A DNA stretch of 64,000 nucleotides from Chlorokybus atmophyticus (Eukaryota > Plantae > Mesostigma and Chlorokybus algae). The position numbers and the translations under genes are program-made. The notes beneath the pieces were generated by a model. It was given only the letters and a program-made list of their open reading frames with translations, was not told the origin of the DNA and did not search any database. Where the stretch lies: NCBI GenBank assembly GCA_009103225.1, contig RHPI01002533.1, positions 1,295,842 to 1,359,841 of the forward strand, given 5' to 3'. Within the stretch, counting starts at the first letter, position 1. Each line of letters opens with the position of its first letter. Positions 59,895-64,000 of the stretch are shown piece after piece.

Positions 59895-62800
59895 ATGGGC
59901 TGCGGTGGCGTGGAGCCCGCGGAGGGGGCGGCGTCGTCCGCCTACCCGCTCATGTCCGTCGCGCAGGCAACAGAAGCCGTCCTGTCGGCCATATCGACAC
60001 TGCAGCCAAAACGGGTGGGGCAGTCTCCCATGGACACGCTGCTGCCTTTGCTTGCTGGCAGCAGCAGTGCTAACGTCTCGCATCCATCACTACTCTTAGC
60101 AGTCATGCTGTAGAGACCGCGTTTCGTCACCCAATGTACAAGTCTGTCGTTGTGTGAGTACAAGTATATAGGTAGGCAGTTTTGTGGCTGATACATCGCT
60201 CTTATCGTACATACATGACGTTGGCTGCTTCGGGTTGACTGCGTGTGGCAGAGTCGTCATCACCCAGTCTCATCCTGCGCTGCGTCACGTGCATACGCGT
60301 ACAGCCTAAAGCACACGCAACATTCATTTCAATACGCCAGTCTCGCAGGCAATCGCAGCAACCAATAAGCACACGGCTGTTTGTTCGCTGCATGCGCTTG
60401 CCTCATCCCAAGCACTTGCTCGGAGTGCAACCAGATGCATGGGCATCGACAATGAGGTGTTTCGCCTTGACAATGTTAGGGCCCAGGCACTGCCCCCAAC
60501 CACACAGCTTGGCAAGGCTTGTGTCTGTGCTCGCATGTGTGTGTGACGGCCGCGTGCATGCGTTCAGGTGCCCCTGTCGGAGGCGTTGGGCTCGGTGCTG
60601 GCCGAAGACGTGTACGCACCGGAGCCACTGCCGCCCTTCCCAGCATCCATCAAGGTACCGCCGTTGGTTGCACTTAGATCCCGACCACATTCGCATTCCG
60701 GGCGCCCGTTTGGGGCCGTAAGCCATTGTCGGGTCTCTGCAATGGCATACAGCTGTTATTTACCAGTTGTTCGGTGTTGGCTGCCAGGATGGTTATGCGG
60801 TCGTGTCGAGCGACGGGCCGGGCGAGTACCCCGTCATCGCGGAGATGCGCGCGGGCGTGGCACCGGGCGTGTCCGTCAAGCCCGGGGAAGTCGCCTACAT
60901 CACCACAGGAGGTGAGAGACAGAGCCGTGGGTTTCGTCTTGAGGAGGTGGGTTGATCGCTCACGTCCAATCTGGTCTTTGCGCAGGACCGATGCCGCCTG
61001 GTGCGGACGCCGTGCTGATGGTGGAGCGCACGGTGGACGTGCCAGCCGCAAGTGGCAACAGTGCTCATCACGTCCGACGGGTCAAGATTCTCGACGCCGT
61101 CAAGCCCGGACAAGATGTCCGCCCCGTGGTGAGCTTGGCCTCTGACTTGCTCCATATCATGCGAACGACGAGCGTGTGTGCAAACACGTGTGTCGTGGGC
61201 AGGGTTCGGACATAGCGCAGGGTGAGACGGTGCTGCAGGCGGGAGAGCGACTGATGCCGTCTGAGATAGGCATCCTCGCCACCGTCGGCGCCTCGGTTGT
61301 GTCGGTGGTGCCGCAGCCACTCGTGGCGGTGCTGTCCACAGGCGACGAGCTCGTCGAGACCGCCAGCTCGCTCGGACCAGGACAGGTGCATACACTTCAT
61401 AGACTAGAGCCAGTGTGTGTGTGTGTTGGTTGACATGACGTCCCACGACATGCGTGCGCGTGTGCATGCAGATCCGCGACGCCAACCGGTACACTCTGCT
61501 GGCCGCAGCGACTGCCGCGGGCGCAAGAACGCTCGACCTAGGCATAGCCAAAGACACCGAAGAGGCGAGTCCGTGCGTGCGGTGGTGTGTGTCTGAATTA
61601 CCTTACCATGCACGCGTGTCCACCACACCATTGTGGACATGCAGCAGGGCTTTGGCTGCGGCTGACTGCCGAGGGTTGTTACCGGACAGGCATTGGAAGG
61701 CAAGCTGCAGCAGGCGCTGGCGGCCGGTGCCAACATCTTGCTGACGACGGGAGGCGTGTCCATGGGAGACAGGGACCTCGTCAAGCCGCTGTTGGAGCGA
61801 CGAGGCAACGTGCACTTCGGCAGGGTGGGTGGTGTGTGAGCCACGCAGTTAGCCTCCTCACAGCTGTCTGTAACGACGTTGTGTATGACACGTTGTTCCA
61901 TCTCAGGTGTTGATGAAGCCCGGTAAGCCGTTGACGTTTGCGAGCGTGTCTGGCGAGTCGTCGCCTCTGTACGCGTTTGGTCTTCCCGGCAACCCCGTGA
62001 GCGCGGCCGTCACGTTCAGCCTCGTGGTGCTGCCCGCCGTACGCAAGCTCGCAGGATGGCGCAACCCCCAACTCCGCAGGCAAGCAGGACACCATCACAT
62101 TGCATCGTCACAGTGCGTCCTGCACATAGTGTGCATTGCGGATTATGCTCACGCGTGCGGTGTGGGCGCGAAAAACAGAGTACGAGTGCGTTTGGCCAAC
62201 GACATAGCTCTGGACCACGAGAGGCCCGAGTACCACCGCGCAACACTGCAGTGGGAGACCGTGGACGGATACGACGGGTGCGTCTGCATGGCAATGACAA
62301 TGCCGAATGATGTAAGCTGACTGCGCCGTGTTTGTGTCAGTCTTGTGGCGTACAGCACGGGTCGCCAGATCAGCAGCCGCCTGCTGAGCATGCGCAACGC
62401 CACCGCGCTGCTCGAGCTGCCGCGCGCATCCGGAATCCTCAAATCCGGGACCATGGTGTCCGCGCTTCTCATCGCTGACATGTCCGCTATCGCGTCCTCA
62501 CTCACGGAGCCAGCCGAACCCAACCCAGGACCTCAAGCACCAAGTGAGTGTTGCGCGTGCGTCTGCGTGTGCGCCACACGCACGCGGTCCACCACCACTC
62601 GTGGGTGTGGGTGTTGTGGCTGATGGCCTGCCACCCGTCGCAGGCAAGGATGCGGAGCATGTTGTGGCGCACGGCTGTCACGCACACACCGGCACGGCTC
62701 CCCCCATGGCTGGTGGCCGTCGTCGCTCGCTGGTGATCCCCAACCCGGCGTCCGACCCCCGCGTGTCCAGCATCGTGCACAGTCGTCACAACGCGCTGCT

Positions 62801-63407
62801 GAGCGGCAGCGACGGCGCCGAGCGGCTCGCAGAAGGCGCGTTGGGAGAAAGGACAGACAGCCCGCCTCCACCACAACCTGGCGTGCGCGTGGCCGTGTTG
62901 ACCGTGAGCGACACGGTGTCGAGGGGAGAGGGACCCGACAGGAGTGGTCCCGCGGCCGTGGCCGCCATCGCCGTGCACGCGGATGCTCTCGGGGGTGCGC
63001 AGGTCGTGGACACGGCCGTAGTGCCGGACGACGTGATCGAGATCCAGGGCGTGCTGCGACGATGGTGCGACTTCGGCGAGGTCGATCTCGTGCTCACGTG
63101 TGGTGGCACGGGCTTCGCCCCACGTGATGTCACGCCCGAGGCCACCAAACCCCTGCTGCAGAAGGACGCGCCGGGCCTGGTGGCCGTCATGCTCAACGAG
63201 AGCCTCAAGGTGGTGCCCACCGCCATGCTATCGCGCCCGGCCGCGGGCATCAGGAACGCCACGCTCATCGTCAACATGCCGGGAAACCCAAAGGCCGCAG
63301 GAGAGTGTCTCGGGTTCCTCATGCCGGCGCTGCCGCACGCGCTCAAGCTCATACGACAAGGACGCGACCCAGGACATGCACGCCACCTCCCGCACGCCCA
63401 AGGCTAA
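59895..63407 (+). CDS. CNX1: Molybdopterin Mo-insertase Cnx1 (N-terminal MoeA-like E domain, C-terminal MogA-like G domain)
   Basis: [24 protein letters not shown]; [18 protein letters not shown]; LSTGDEL; DANRYTL; [14 protein letters not shown]; MKPGKP; GLPGNPVS; RPEYHRA; [13 protein letters not shown]; VAVLTVSDT; DRSGP; [17 protein letters not shown]; [10 protein letters not shown]; NMPGNPKA. Confidence 0.97.
61565..61689 (+). other. Probable GC-AG intron in CNX1
   Basis: GAA GAG|gcgagt...gacag|GCA TTG gives KDTEEALEGKL. GCGAGT is the GC version of GTGAGT. Confidence 0.7.
62080..62178 (+). other. Probable GC-AG intron in CNX1 (99 nt, in frame, stop-free)
   Basis: CGC AG|gcaagc...aacag|A GTA gives NPQLRRVRVRL. 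Retention would insert 33 aa into the MoeA domain. Confidence 0.65.
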
Positions 63408-64000
63408 ATGTGACTGTTGAAGAGCTCGGTAAGCAGACCATCGGGATCATATATCTGGCTGCGAACAACGTGTTGTCACGCACTTACTGAAGTTGGAGCC
63501 TGAGCCTCTTTCTTCATTCGGTAGCAGTGTATGTAAGTTTTCCTCTTTGTCTCATATCAATCCATGGCACTGTGGATGTTAGAAGTGCAGTGGAAAAGGG
63601 TTGCCTTATATTATAGATGTCTTTTTGCCGATCTGCAGATGGTAGCTTTGATGGTCTCTGATATCCTTCACCCCTTTCCTTGGTTGCTGCTTCACTTGAG
63701 ATCTTACCAGTATCTTTAAGTCTTGGCTTAAGCATAGCTCAAGGCGTGCTATGGTTAGTGAATCAAAACTGGTATCGCGGCTAGCCTCACCCTATGTCTC
63801 GCTTTTGGAAGTAGATAGCAAAGCTGACTACTACAATTGCTGTCAAACTAGTTCACTTCATATGTGCGTGTGCAATGTTTGGCAAATGGTATCACATTGA
63901 GTATGATAGTTATCACATTGTAACGGTATCATAATGTCATTGAGCGCGATAACAATGATTACAGTACGAAGCTTAAGCCACTGGGCTATGGCAGCAAAAG

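Noticed and set aside
42232-63407. NifS-like gene plus CNX1 as a molybdenum-cofactor sulfuration cluster
   Set aside because: They are 15 kb apart with unrelated genes between, and the NifS protein lacks the MOSC domain of ABA3/MOCOS.
63500-64000. AT-richer tail with a short repeat (tatcacattg twice) as a possible transposon end
   Set aside because: No terminal repeat or TSD can be defined within the window.

Overview
This is a gene-dense, intron-rich eukaryotic nuclear window from the green lineage. The best inference is a flagellated streptophyte alga: Cnx1 is fused in the plant E-then-G order, there is a class IV kelch ACBP, actin capping protein beta and a plastid sigma factor, and the ciliary Arl3-GAP RP2 is present. 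I reconstructed 21 spliced protein-coding genes by hand: ERdj3B, plastid sigma, CS/NudC-domain protein, SDS22, SDR, unknown coiled-coil, DUF948-like, MTP1, RP2, unknown plastid protein, CPB, nucleolin, bacterial-type RNase HII, CIA30-containing SDR, SCLY/NifS-like enzyme, small TM protein, AP-3 delta, HAS1/DDX18, ACBP4, mannitol 2-dehydrogenase and CNX1. There is also a solo LTR with a perfect 5-bp TSD. I saw no rRNA, tRNA or CRISPR array, and no convincing multi-gene novel system. The best leads are: near-strict strand alternation (9 head-to-head pairs, some only 71-178 bp apart); intron-containing bacterial-type enzymes (M2DH, RNase HII, an apparently untargeted SCLY-like NifS); a C-terminally short AP-3 delta; four GC-AG introns; and a telo-box-like motif shared by the two nucleolar genes. 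Gene coordinates run from start to stop codon and include introns. All family calls rest on recalled motifs, not database searches.
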